Source of the DNA: Lama guanicoe
Lineage: Eukaryota
Assembly (NCBI GenBank): GCA_013239625.1
Contig: MU053934.1
Span: forward strand, 9,011,352 to 9,075,351
Length of the DNA: 64,000 bases
Direction: 5' to 3'
The translations under genes and the position numbers were made by a program. Below, in pieces: positions 11,979 to 23,984 of this stretch (positions within the stretch are counted from its first letter, which is position 1; the number at the start of each line of letters is the position of its first letter). The notes under the pieces are model-generated. The model was not told the DNA's origin. It searched no databases and worked only from the letters and a program-made list of their open reading frames with translations.

Positions 11979-13246
11979 CAGCACATGCCCCAGGGGTGAC
12001 AGCTGACAGGCTGGAAGGAGGTCTTGACAGAGGAGGCAGAACTGCTGAGAAGCAGAGAAAGGAAAGGGTCATCTCTGGGTGTGTTGACATCACTCAGTAT
12101 CACAGCAGGGGAGAGATTTGGAGAAGTTCTCAGACCTGCAAAGGATGGGCGGGGCTGCTCCGGGGTCAGCAGGTGACCACCAAGCCAGTGTGATGCATGG
12201 TCAGTGTGAGTTTCCAAGCAGGCAGGCCCGGAGGGAGGGGTTGAGGCGAGTGGGAGAATGGCCTGGACCAGGAAGGAAGGAAGAAGCAGGTGGGGCAGCT
12301 CATCTGCCCGCTCACCTCCAGGCCCGGAGGCGCTAACTGTGTCGGGGGGAACATTCTGTTCGTGAGAGTGGAGGGCAGTGTGGGGTGAGGCAGGGCAGCA
12401 GCCCAGTGGGAAGAGCCTGCCCTTCACGCCGGCCACCCAGCCTGACTGCTTGGCCAGGAAGGTCAGCCACCTGTCCTGAAAGCGGCATTTATGCCTGCAT
12501 TTCAATCTTTATAGAAAATTAAGAAGACAGAAAAGCACAGAGGGGCAAAAAACAAAAACAAAAAAACCCACTCCACTCAGTACTCTCCCGTCTTCGGTGC
12601 CCTTTCCTCCCGCCTCCTCTTCTGCGCACTTACATAATTTGGAAAGTTGAGACCGTGCTAAGAGCAGTCTGTCTTTTGGTCTGGGGCAAGTGTGCCCCCA
12701 TATCATTCCCTATTCTTGCCAAGAGCCTCTTGGGTCACAACCCAGGGCACCTGTAAGTAGCCTCATTTTGCAGGTGAGGAAACTGAGCTTCTGAGGGGCC
12801 AAGTGACTTGCCTGTCACCACCTGCCTTTTGGTCCCTGCGTGGGGGGCTGGGGCCTCTGCCAGCCCATCTGCTCCTGGTGGCCGACTCAACCAGGCCCCA
12901 AGGGCCATCGGACACTCTACCCCGCTCATCTGGTGGGAGGAGGCTCTGCCCTAAAACCCGCGGGTGGGAAGGAGGCTCGTCCTCGGGCCCGGCCCCCTGC
13001 TTCCTTTCCTTTCGCCACTAGGAGGGTGAGCTGATAAAGCCGTTCACACTCAGCACGGCTGATAAAACCCACGTTTTGGGGGGTGACTCTCTGCATTGAT
13101 CCAGTTTCCTCTCCTAGGGTTCAGTGGTTTAATAGAGGGGCCTGGAAGGCAGCGAGGAATGAGCTGAGATGCAGAAATTCACCTCCGAGATCATGAGCCC
13201 AGGGTGGGGCTGCACATTCTAGAAGTGACCAGGGGATCTGAGTGTC

Positions 13247-13260
13247 CCACCAGGGGGCGC
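13247..13260 (+). promoter_or_regulatory. CTCF consensus site in RIBC2 intron 5
   Basis: CCACCAGGGGGCGC matches the CTCF core CCASYAGRKGGCRS. Confidence 0.55.
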
Positions 13261-13582
13261 ACCTGCCCACTGGTAGCATCCCAGATGTGGGGGACCTGAC
13301 ATCTGTGGGCCCTGCATACCGAGTCCTGGGCTGGGAGCCACTGTTGGAACTGAGACTCTGCTGTCCCTTCAGGCCTCAGAGGGCCCGCCAACACCTCCCA
13401 AGTTAAGGAAGCAGCTGGGCCACCCAGGATGATGCCAGGTTTGGGGGGTCTCCTCTGATTTCCTGCCCTTCTCTGAACCTCAGTTTCTCCATCTGTAAAA
13501 TGGAAGGCCAGCTCCCATAGACCATCCCCTGGGGTCCTTCTACTGGGGACAGGCAGGAGTGAGCCACCTCTCCCCTCTCCAG

Positions 13583-13749
13583 AGGCTCCAGGAAGAAGAG
13601 CGCCAGCGAGACATGGACTGGGACCAGCGGAGGGTTCAGAGGGCTCGCGCCACCTTGCTGTTGGAGCGCCAGCGGCAGCGCCAGCAGCGTGACCTGCGCA
13701 GAGCCCTGGACTGCAGCAACCTCAGCCTGGCCAAGGAGCAGCTCCTGCA
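13583..13749 (+). CDS. RIBC2: RIBC2 coding exon 6
   Basis: Acceptor ctcccctctccag; RLQEEERQRDMDWDQRR...NLSLAKEQLL plus CA; donor GTGAGT; 167 nt. Confidence 0.95.
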
Positions 13750-14890
13750 GTGAGTGCTGGGCAGGGAAGGTGGGGGCACAGTTGGGAGGGGAGGCAGAGG
13801 GGGCTGGGACCAGGTTAGAGTCAAAGAGGGGCAGGTGGGAATCGGGAGCACCAGAGAGAGGATCAGGCTTGTGGGGGGCACTGGCTGTGCAGGGTCCAGA
13901 GTGCAGGCACTGTCTTTGCCTGGACCCCTGGCTCACCCTTCCTAAATCTTTCCCATCCAAAGGCCTAGGACGTATATTTCACCAGCGGCCCTGTAGCAGT
14001 TGTGGTTGGGGCTTGGGCACAACCTCCTGGTAAAGAGAAGGGGAGGAAGGGCTCAGAGTTAAGAAGCCAGAAATTAAGTGCTGGAAAACCACTAGTCCCC
14101 AAACAGACCAGGGACTGAGATTCCACTGTGCCCTGATCCTGGAAAGACCCCTCCCTGGGTGGCCCTCACCTGGGCACTGGCAACCCACAGCGGGCCTGGA
14201 TTTGGGTGCTGCTGATGGGGTGCATGGAGGGCAGCGGGAGCCCCAGGGGAGGGCACTGAGTGAACCTGGGGGAGTCAGGAGGCTTCCTGGGGGGAGGCTG
14301 CGGTGGCTCAGACGTGGGGGAGGACGGCGCCAGCCACCCACTGCAGGGAGGGTTCTCCAGGCAGAAGGAGGGGCTCCTGGGCTGCCAAGAACAAGCCTGG
14401 AGTCTCTTCTTCATTACAGACAGGTCCTAGAAGTAGTTCAGAGTTCCAGCTACAGAAAATGTCAAATGCAGATCAGCAGGTGAACTTGCCACTAAAAACT
14501 GGGTTATTTATTTACTTGTTTATCTATCTATGCATCAAGTTCTGTTGAACTCAGAGGGAACCTGCCGGCATTTTCTCCAATCAGATGTCTGTCTATCGAT
14601 GGGTGGGTCGGTCCATCACTGGGGACCTAAAAGGAGCATTAAGAGAGAATTTCACTGAAATCGAGCGGGATGAGCAAATGTGTTTACAATCATGGAATTC
14701 TAAGATATCCCCACATTTCGAGGGCACAGCTCCCTGGACTAACTGGTCCGCGGTGATGAAATGCCACCTTCTTCCCCCTGAGCCCGTCAAGCCGGAATGC
14801 ATTCTGTACCCTGGAGATAACACACTGATAGAAAGCAGGCCAGGAAGTCAGGCGTTCGCTGATTTCTCTTTCCCCTTGTTTCATTATCAG

Positions 14891-14969
14891 GAGAAAATAC
14901 ATGAAGGATGTTTGTACAAATCAGCCCACTGAAGATTATTTCACACAATTTAATACAAGCAGTCGTTAA
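14891..14969 (+). CDS. RIBC2: RIBC2 coding exon 7 (terminal)
   Basis: Acceptor gtttcattatcag; (Q)RKYMKDVCTNQPTEDYFTQFNTSSR-TAA, the RIB43A-type C-terminus. The seven exons sum to 1134 nt = 377 aa plus stop. Confidence 0.95.
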
Positions 14970-15101
14970 TGAAAAAAAATCATCTTCTCTCTAACTCGTT
15001 TACGTATAAAGTGCAGCAACCTTGAAGAGTCACTGTTAAAAAAAACAACAACCACTCTTTGGTACCCTTCAACTTAATTTTTCCACTGTAGACAAAGCTT
15101 G

Positions 15102-15107
15102 ATTAAA
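15102..15107 (+). terminator. RIBC2: Probable RIBC2 polyadenylation signal (ATTAAA)
   Basis: ATTAAA about 130 nt after the stop codon, followed by T/GT-rich sequence. Confidence 0.6.
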
Positions 15108-15549
15108 ACTCTCCCTGTATTTCTATGAGGAGTATTAATGTCCGTTCGACTCAGCTCGAGAGACTGCCTCTAGAGGAGCTCTGGGATACAGGGACGAAAG
15201 CCGGGTATCACTTAGATTCAGCCGCTGCAACCGCCAACACCCACAGGCATCATTCCAACCGCACCACGCGGTATGAACTAATTGGGTCCTCTCAGCAGGC
15301 AGGCATGGGTCTTGTTACTCACGTTCTCCAGGTGAAGAGCCTGAGTTATAGACACATTAAGTGATCTGCCCAAGGTCACGCTGACGGGAAGGGGTGGGCC
15401 TGGGGCTGAACCAGAGACCCTGGCTCTCAAGCACTTCTCTCTCCTGGCTCCCTGTAACGAGACCCAAAGCAAGAGTGGCCCCAAAAAGCAGAAGTTGATT
15501 TCCTCCTCTTGTGCACGTCCAAGCTGAGCAGGGCTACCTCGTTGCTCTG

Positions 15550-16030
15550 CCATCTCGCCTCCGGTAGGTCCCGGAATGCTGCGCAGCCCCACCCCCGAGT
15601 CCCACTCGGGCCGCAGGGAGGAGAGAACGGGAAGGACGCTGGTGGGGGGTGGGGCGCGCAGCTTCAAGGCTCAGGAAGCGCACCTGTCACCGCGCTCACA
15701 GCCTATTGGCCAGAATTCCATCACGTGACCGCGCCCAGCTGCCCCGGGGGCTGGGAATCCGAGCTAACCACGTGGCGCGCAATAATTCTGTAACGGTACA
15801 CATTGCGGGAAGACTAGCAGTCGGCCACAGCCCTGAACGGTGACTTGGAATTTGCCAGGGGTGGCGTGAAGGGAGGCATTTCCGCGGGCCGGGGGCGGGG
15901 GGAGTAGGCGGGGACGGTGTCTAGCAGTAATTCGGCCTTAGTTCCCAGGCCCAGGATGACTGCGTCCCGCCCAGGTACCTCCACCTTCTCCACGTGGGTT
16001 TCTTGAAGGGCCGTATACATCGGGCCGGGG
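15550..16030. promoter_or_regulatory. Orphan CpG-rich island downstream of RIBC2, overlapping a MaLR (MLT1-like) LTR remnant
   Basis: Dense CpG; ATTGG 15705-15709, TCACGTGAC 15721-15729, CACGTG 15769-15774, GC box 15891-15900. Confidence 0.55.
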
Positions 16031-16251
16031 ACAAGGGGCAGCTCTTGGTGGCACTTTACCATCCATCGAGATGGAGCTAGATGCATCGATGCAAACTGCC
16101 TAGCTCGCCTTCCCTCTCTGTCTAAACGCAACCCTTGTCCCCGCACTCAAAACCCTTCCCTGACTGATGTTTAACTGGAGCCTGAGGATTGGCAGAGTTC
16201 TCCCAGGGGGATCAGTGAGAGCTGGACACTTTTAGGGAAGCGGGTTGGGGG

Positions 16252-16708
16252 TGTATAGTTTCCTGGGGCTGCCATAACACAATACCACACCCCGGGGGCT
16301 TCAACAAGAGAAATTTGCAGTTCCTCACAGTTCTGGAGGCCAGAAGTCCAAGATCAAGGTGTTGGCAGGGCTGGTTCCTAGTGAGGGCTCTGAGTGGGGA
16401 ATCTGTTCCTGGTGTCTCCCAGCTTCTGGGGTTTGCTGGTGATTTTTGGCGTTCGTTGGGTCTTTAGTTGTATCACCCCCATCTCTGCCCTCATCTTCAC
16501 GTGGCGTTCTCATGCTGTGTGTGTCTGTGTCCAAGTTGTCCCTGTTTACAAGGACACTCGTCATATTCAGTTAGGACCCACCTTAATGACTTTAAACTAG
16601 TTACATCTACAATGGCCTTATTTCCAAATATGATCACAGTCTGAGGTACTGGAGGTTAGGATTCCAGTTTACCTTTTGGGTTGGGGGGACAGAATTCAAC
16701 CTATAATG
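16252..16708 (-). mobile_element. MaLR solo LTR (MLT1C/D-like)
   Basis: TGTATAGTTTCCTGGGGCTGCCATAAC...CACAGTTCTGGAGGCCAGAAGTCCAAGATCAAGGTGTTGGCAGGGCTGGTTCCT...AATTCAACCTATAA. Confidence 0.85.
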
Positions 16709-17789
16709 GGGAGTGCAGAGGGGCACCTGGCCCCTTTGCTGCTCAGGGTAATCCCATTAAGAATGTTGTTGCCCAGACTGAGCAAGCCACACTTGGGGAA
16801 GGGTACTGGCTGAGAGATAGCCCAAAGATTGTTAGTCCTCCCGTGTGTAGGCAGGGAGATAAAGCGAGTAATGGAGGTGCTGTCAGTCCATTCAGTGCAT
16901 GTCGAGTGCTCTTCAGGTCCTAGATGCTATGCTGGGCTCTGGGCTAGGCTCTCTCATAGTCCAGTAGGAGACCTAGGTGTAGGTCCTTGCAAAAGAGAGG
17001 CAGAATCATCCACGGGGCTGATGGGCACAGGCTAGGAAGGAGACAGCGCCAGGAGGCTGCTGCAGCCGCCAGTAATACCGTTAAATGCCCGGAATCGTGC
17101 GCCCAATGTGGAGAGGCTGGCTTTAACCCTGAATTTCACATCATTATAAAAAATATTCCAAACGGAAGGTCAGGCTTGAAAACTGGGCTCTTGCCTGCTT
17201 TAAGTGCGCCCTCTGCTGGTGCCCAGCAGCACCCCCCCCCCCCGCCCCGGTTCTCTGGCAGGAAAATGAACCCAGGGATTGATGAGACTAGGGCTTGCCG
17301 GCCCAGTGTTGGGCAGGGCCTTGCAACTCCCATGGCCCCAGTGGGTGTTGTGACTGTCATCCTGCAGAGAGAAAGCAAAAGAAGAGAGGCTGGGTAACTT
17401 CCCCCGCCCCGAAAGGCAGAGCCAGGGTCCAGGTATGGGGCCCTCTCCACGGTTCTCTTCTGAATGGCCCCATTGTGATTTTACAGACACACACACTCCA
17501 GAGGGTTGTTTTGTTTTGTTTTTTCTTTTCACTTTTTCCTAACATTTATTTGGAAGTTTTTCAAAGTTTCTCTGTAGAGAAACTGGAAGAATTATACAAT
17601 ATACGCATATATCTACAACCTAGATTCTGCAGTTAATATTCTGCTTTATTTGCTTCATGGTCTATCTCTCCACAAACTGGCTTTTGATAATTCCAGGTAT
17701 ATGATGCTTACAGGAGACACATCTAAAACAAAGCAGTATAGAAAAGTTAAAAATAACAAGATTCAAAACTCATTCGAATTTTTCCAAAA

Positions 17790-18535
17790 AAGTTGAAAAC
17801 TTATGTACACACAAAAGCCCACTCACCAGTGCTTATAGCAGTTTTATTCATAATTGCCCAAACTTGGAAGCAACGAAGATATCCTTCAGTAGGTGAATGA
17901 ATAAACAAAGAGTGGTACATCCATACAGTGGGACATTATTCTTTGCTAAAAAAAAAAGCTCTCAAGCTGTGAAAAGACATGGAGGAACCTTAAATGCATA
18001 TCATTGAGTGAAAGAAGCCAATATGAAAAGACTGCATGCTGTATGATTCCAGCTTTATGACATCTGGAAAAGGCAAAACTTGAAGACAGTAAAACGATCA
18101 ATGGATGTCAGGGAGTTCAGGAGAAGGGAGGGAAAAGTAGGGAGAGCACAGAGGATTTTTAGGGCAGTGAAACAGTTTTGTATGGTACTGTAATGATGGA
18201 CACATGTCACTATACATTCACCTAAACCCACAGAATATACAGCACAAAGCGTGGATCCTAATCAAGATAAATACTTTAGTTATTAATAATGTGTTAGTAT
18301 GATCGCTTTGCTGTGCACCTGAAACTAACATCGTAAATTGACTACGCTTCAATGAAAATTAAGAATTAAAAAGATGTATCGATATATTGACTCATCAGTT
18401 TATAATGGACGTACCACACTAATGCTGGATGATAAGAGGAAACTGTGCAGGTGGGGAGGAGGCAGACGGGAGCACTCTGAATTTCCTGCTCAATTTTTCT
18501 CTAAACCTACAGCTGCTCTAAAAAATAAAGTTGAA
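17790..18535 (+). mobile_element. L1 (L1MC/MB-like) 3' end, with a short younger L1 3' tail nested at ~18298-18372
   Basis: AAAACTTATGTACACACAAAA, TTCATAATTGCCCAAACTTGGAAGCAAC, AGTGAAAGAAGCCAATATGAAAAG, ends CTAAAAAATAAAG. Confidence 0.8.
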
Positions 18536-19032
18536 TATGTACCTGAAAGAAGAAGCTGTAAAATAACTGGGAAGGAAAAAGTCATTTGCATATTGTTCTT
18601 TAGCTTCATTTTGAGTTCAAGTGTTTAGAATAATGGAGGGAAAAACTGAAAAGGAAGGATAAGCCTAAGCTAAACAATTTAAGGATTCTCCCTTGTGGCC
18701 TCCATGACACTCCTGGCCTTGCCCGTCTGTCCTGGTAGAGTAGCATCTCGAAGTCTAGGGTTCCCCAGCCTACATAGTTACAAGTGCAGAGTATATACAA
18801 AGTGAATTAATTTGCAGACTTACAGGAATAATTCAGGAGCCAAATTCCCTTGTCTATCCACTTATCCCTGCCTTACAGATGGCCCAGCTGAGAAGGAGCC
18901 CATGCAGAGTTTCATGGTTGCATAAGAGAGAAGTGAGCTTTGCAGCTGTCTAACCCCCTGCCTGTTCCTGCTTTGTCCTGGTATCTGTGTGCACAGCATC
19001 TGATATAACCAAGAATGCTTGTACAATCAAGA

Positions 19033-19178
19033 GAGGAAGGGATAGCTCAGTGGTAGAGCACATGCTTAGCATGCTCAAGGTCCTGGGTCCAATCCCCAGT
19101 GCCTCCTCTCAAAATAAATTAATAAGAAAATCTAATTACTTCTCCTCCCCCACTGCCCCCAAAACAGAAACAAAAAAA
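19033..19178 (+). mobile_element. tRNA-derived SINE (Vic-1-like), full length with 22-bp TSD
   Basis: A box TAGCTCAGTGG, B-box-like GGTCCAATCC, A tail; TSD AAGAATGCTTGTACAATCAAGA (19011-19032) / AAGAATCCTTGTGCGATCAAGA (19179-19200). Confidence 0.9.
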
Positions 19179-19459
19179 AAGAATCCTTGTGCGATCAAGA
19201 CTCTGAACAATGCATAGTGTCTTAAAGGCAAATACAAATATTTTAAATTCTGGGTCATTATTTCACCAATAGGCTACCCTTCCTGCTGAAGTGATGTAAG
19301 GAGACGCTGGACACAGCACAGTTTGTATGTTCAACAGTGTGCGACTTGGCACACATCAGAAGCTGTGTTTTGGTTCTCCGTGTTTTTGCTAGTATCTTTC
19401 CCTACCTGTTTCCTTTGGACTGCGCCCCTCTAGGAAAATCTAGCAAAAAGTATGTTACT

Positions 19460-20180
19460 GTTGTTGTGGGAGGCCAGTGACATGGGTTGGTAAAAGAATT
19501 TACCAGGGATCAAGAAAAGTTTAGAAAAGTTTAATAGGTACCCTGCTATCAGCAACAGTGGGCCGCACAGATGAGAGGTGCCCATGTGAGCCCCGAGAGT
19601 GGCCGCGCAGGGTCTGTCACTGGAGGAAGGGGACTGTGCACACAGGAACAGGGGCTGTATGACCATTTTGTGCACAGGTACCTGGTTGTAAGACCTGTCA
19701 GGGACTTCTCTGAACAGTAGGATTTACAGCTTTTATAAGGGCAGGCTGTGAGGCCTGCCTGCCTAGGGTATTGTGAGACAGGCCATCTCCGGGGCGATGA
19801 GCCCTGCAGGGTAAACACACATCCAGAGATATTTTTATCCTGTGGAAATGCAGGTATGTGGAGTGGCCCTGCAGTGGGGAGTGGGACATAAGGGACCAGT
19901 GACTCCAGGCACACAGAGAGCCCAGGAGTGGAGGTTTTTATAAACTTCAGAGCAGCTTCAGAGAGTGCAAGCCCACGCCACAGCCATCACGAGCCACTCC
20001 TCAGGGCCCAGCTCTCCTGACTCTGCTAGAGGGCAGACTGACTAAGGAAATAACTTGGAAGCACTTTTCATTTGTCAGTGTCTCCTTGTTCGGACTTCAT
20101 GGGCATAACTTACACACCGGTTTGTACCCGCTAATGTGCTCCAAATAAAATTTTAACTGGTCCTTGCCCGCACCATTTCA
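19460..20180. mobile_element. ERV LTR-like segment (family and orientation unresolved)
   Basis: TGTTG...TTTCA termini, TATA/polyA pairs on both strands, GGTAAAAGAATTTACC motif. Confidence 0.4.
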
Positions 20181-20239
20181 TGCAGAACTTGGCCCTTTTG
20201 TATTATCTGCTCTTCCAAAATTCTCACTCCAGAGTTTTT

Positions 20240-20328
20240 GTTTTGTTTTATTTTAGTGGAGGTACCGGGGACTGAACCCAGGACCTCTTGCGTGCTAAGC
20301 ACATGCTATACCCACCCTCCCAACCCCA
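20240..20328 (-). mobile_element. tRNA-derived SINE (Vic-1-like), A box partly deleted
   Basis: GGAGGTACCGGGGACTGAACCCAGGACCTC...TGCTAAGCACATGCTATAC; TSD ACTCC(A/G)GAGTTTT on both sides. Confidence 0.85.
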
Positions 20329-21808
20329 ACTCCGGAGTTTTCAATAAGCATTTTCCACGAGGAAAGCACATATTTTAAGCAGAACGGACTGGTGTGAAAT
20401 CACTGGATGTAATTATTTTTAAAACTTCTGGTGAATCTTTGTACCCCTGTGGAGTGTTTTTTTCCTTACTTTTGTGTGTTTGCTAAATATGAAAACGGTG
20501 GCACGTGTATCCAAGTTTACACTTATTTCTTGTATTTAAAGAGTAAAATGTTCCCCCGTGATCTTTGGCGGCCTAGCTCTGCTCCTGCCACATGCGTCCT
20601 GCTTCCAGACGTCCCCCAGTATGGGAACCATTCCTGCTAGTCCAACCCCTTCCACGGGCCACGCAGGAACTCAGCTCCGCGTGTCACAGGGGTGCCAGCT
20701 CATCACGGCCGCGTGGCTTCTCTTTCTCCTTATTTTACGGATGAGGAAGCTGAACAGTGGAGAAGTCACTGACATTTCGAACCCAAATAATCTGATCGCC
20801 ATTGTCCTCTCTAGTGTCCCCTCGCACCCTTGCCAGCCCATTTGGTGGACATAGACCACAGTCCCCTCAAAAAGCCACCTCCCTTTCTCCAGTTGTACTT
20901 GCTTAGTGACCTCAGGCATCTATGAACCTGCTGCATTGTAGACAAACAGGTGTCACCAACATGACGTCATTCAGTCCTTGCAACAAACTTGTGAGACAGG
21001 CAGTTATTCATTGCCTCAATTTACAGATAAGGAGACTGAGGTTTAGGGAGATGACACAATCCCACCTGGGTCATGCTGACTCCTACTTTAGTGCTCAGGC
21101 CTGCCATCAGCCGAAAGGGGCCCGGCTCCAGCACACAAACCCCCAGACTGAGGTGCTGCTGTTTGCCTGGGCACCTGGCCTAACTTCTGTTGCTGTTGAA
21201 GGGGTGAACAGTGCACTGCGTCAGTGCTTTGGTCCACTTCCCACATCAGGACGGATACTGTATGCAGGCTCCGTGGGTTTCGAGTGCTATGCTAAGTACA
21301 TTCCTTTCACAGCTCAGTTCCTTGCAGCAGGGCTCAGAAGCCAGCGTTACTGTCCCCATTCTTCACAGATGAAGTCACTGAAGTGGAGGATGTCTGCTTC
21401 CAAAGGAATGATGTATACAGCAGAGTGAACATCCTGAGACGTCCGACGGCTACAATTCCACTAGATCCAGGATAATTTACAGCAAGCATTTAATATGCAT
21501 TACTGAGCTCACAAGAGAGTAAGTGAAGCCGTGAAAAAGTTACACACGCACAAGAAGGAACAATGAGCTGAAACCAGAGCAGTGAACAGTACAAGAAATA
21601 GAAGCTAGGGCTGCTCTGGTGGCAAAGGCCGGTAACAGGGACCCAGAGCTTTGAAGACTAATAATCAGGATAAAAATGAGAGACATTCATAAAGGGGGAG
21701 CATCAAACTTGAGACCTCTGCATTAATCTGGGACCTTGGAAGGCGGCTACACCCTTAAGGATGGATAGACTGGTGGACACCAGTGAGTCTTCACTGTGGT
21801 TGAGATAT

Positions 21809-22009
21809 TGGTGGTGGTGGTGGTAGTGATGAGGGTGATGGTGGTGATGGTGATGCTGGTGATGGTGGTGATGTTGGTGATGATGATGCTAGTGATGGAG
21901 GTGATGGTGGTGATGATAGTGATGGTGGTAGTGATGAGGGTGATGGTGGTGAGGGTGGTGATGACGGTGGTGAGGGTGGTGATGGTGGTAGTATGATGAT
22001 AATAGTGGT
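21809..22009. repeat. (GGT/GAT)n trinucleotide low-complexity repeat
   Basis: About 200 bp of mixed GGT/GAT/AGT triplets. Confidence 0.95.
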
Positions 22010-22366
22010 CCTTGAGAATTCATGCCCATATGCTCACTCTTATATAGCCCTAGAGTTTCAATTCTTTCAAAGAGGTGAGGAAAATCCCCAGCAGAAAAAT
22101 TAAATTTAAGTGTTTTCAGATTAATTTTGCTTCCATTATACCTAGTAGAAGCTAACACGGATAATCTCTGGAAGAAAGCGTTCCCAGTTTAGATTCCTCG
22201 TGATTCTCCCAGGTTAAATTAAACCACAGACAAGTTCACACAAACATACAAGACACAAAAGGGAAACAACCTGCCATGAGTAAATGTCAGTGAAAACAAG
22301 CACCCAGATTTGGGTTTCCCTAGAACTTTGGATGGTGAAGTTACAGGTACTCGAAAAGTTTATAGT

Positions 22367-22470
22367 GGGGGAGGGTATAGCTCAAGTGTTAGAGCACATG
22401 CTTAGCCTCTAAAAATAAATAAAGAAACCTAATTACCCCCGCAAAGAAAAACAAAAGAATAAATTAAAGA
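22367..22470 (+). mobile_element. tRNA-derived SINE (Vic-1-like), B box deleted
   Basis: GGGGGAGGGTATAGCTCAAGTGTTAGAGCACATGCTTAGC joined directly to CTCTAAAAATAAAT...AAACCTAATTACC and an A tail. Confidence 0.85.
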
Positions 22471-22761
22471 AAAAGTATAGGTCTTCTGCTTCCAGACTTG
22501 ATGGGGTAACTGGACTATCTCTTCTGCTACAAACAACAGAAAACTGGACAAAAGAAACAACAGACATTGGACAACAGACAGCATAGGACTGTGATCCCTG
22601 CCAGAAGGAAATAGGTAAACTGTACCGTCCCCTGGGACTTCCTCCTGGAGGCATCCCTGTACCTCGGCAGAGAGGGGACACCGAGCAGAGTGGACTGAGC
22701 CGGCTGAGCTGAGGAGGAAGAGCTCAGCACCAGGGGAGCCGAGGTGGCTAGAAGTTGTGGA

Positions 22762-23295
22762 GCAGAGTTACAATGTGACCCAGCAATTCCACTCCTAGGT
22801 GTGTGCCCACGGGAAGTGAAGACACGTCCACACAACAACTTGCACATGAATGTTCAGGGTAGCTTTATTCACAATAGCCAAAAAGTGAAAAAAACAAAAA
22901 CAAAAACAGAAATGTCCATCAGATGAATGGGTAAACAAAATGTGTATGTGTGTACATATGACAGAATATTATTATTGGGCCACAGAAAGGAATGGAGTAC
23001 TGATAAATGCTGCAACATGGATGAACACTGAAAACAATGTGCCAAGGGAAAGAAATCAGACGCAAAAGGCCACATTGTATCATTCCATCTATAGGAAACG
23101 TCCAGAATAAGCAACTCCAAAGAGACAGAAAGTAGATTAGTATTTTGCCGAGAGCAAAAGGGTTTAAGATTTCTTTTGGAGTATGTTCTGAAACTAGATA
23201 CAGTGATGGTTGCATAACTCTGTGTATATTTTAAAAAACCATTGAATTGCACACTTTAAAAGGGTGAATATTATGGTATGTGAATTAATCGCAAT
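22762..23295 (+). mobile_element. L1MB-like 3' end
   Basis: TGTGACCCAGCAATTCCACTCCTAGGT, GCTTTATTCACAATAGCCAAAAAGTG, CCATTGAATTGCACACTTTAAAAGGGTGAAT. Confidence 0.8.
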
Positions 23296-23299
23296 GTTT

Positions 23300-23870
23300 C
23301 AGAAGCCCATGAGATACCATTACATATGCACTAGCATGGCTGAAAAAAAAAAAGACTGTATCATACGGTGACCAAGATGCAGAGCAACTAAAACTTTAAT
23401 CCATCATTGGTGGAAAAGAGACAGTTTCCTCACAGTTAACCTCACATGTAACATTTGACAAAGTTAACCATACATCTACCCTATGAGCAACTATTCCAAG
23501 AGGAATGACAACATATGTGCACAAAAAGACTTTTACAGAAGAATTCATAGCATCTTTACTCGTAATAGCCCCAAACCGGAATCAACCAAAATGTCAATCA
23601 ACAGATGATCAGGTAAACAAATATTATACCCGTACCACTTGCTGATTAAAAGAAACAAACCAGGAATATACTCAACAAAGTGGCTGAATCAGAAACTGTA
23701 ATCAGAGAAGACCCCAAAAGGACACAAGTACAGTTGTGTGTATGTGACGTTCTAGAATGTGCAGAATTATTCTGTGTTTGCCTAGGACGGGAGGATGGGG
23801 CTTGACGGCAAAGGGCGTGAGGCATCTTTTTTGGGACGATGGAAATGTACAGGAAAACACCCCAAAGACC
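23300..23870 (+). mobile_element. Ancient L1 (L1ME-like) fragment
   Basis: GAGATACCATTAC, ACATATGTGCACAAAAAGAC, CGTAATAGCCCCAAACCGGAATCAACC. Confidence 0.6.
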
Positions 23871-23971
23871 CCCAGTCCAACCCAACACCCATCAAGACAG
23901 CGAAAGAGGGGCCCTAACACACCTGTGAACAGTGGGACCTGAGCTGTTGCCGCCTGCCATGCCGATGTCCA

Positions 23972-23984
23972 CCAGCAGGTGGCA
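23972..23984 (+). promoter_or_regulatory. CTCF-like site
   Basis: CCAGCAGGTGGCA matches the CTCF core. Confidence 0.45.

Noticed and set aside
21796..22158. Poly-Val/Met ORF (+) and poly-His ORF (-)
   Set aside because: Both are translations of the (GGT/GAT)n simple repeat; no splice or gene context.
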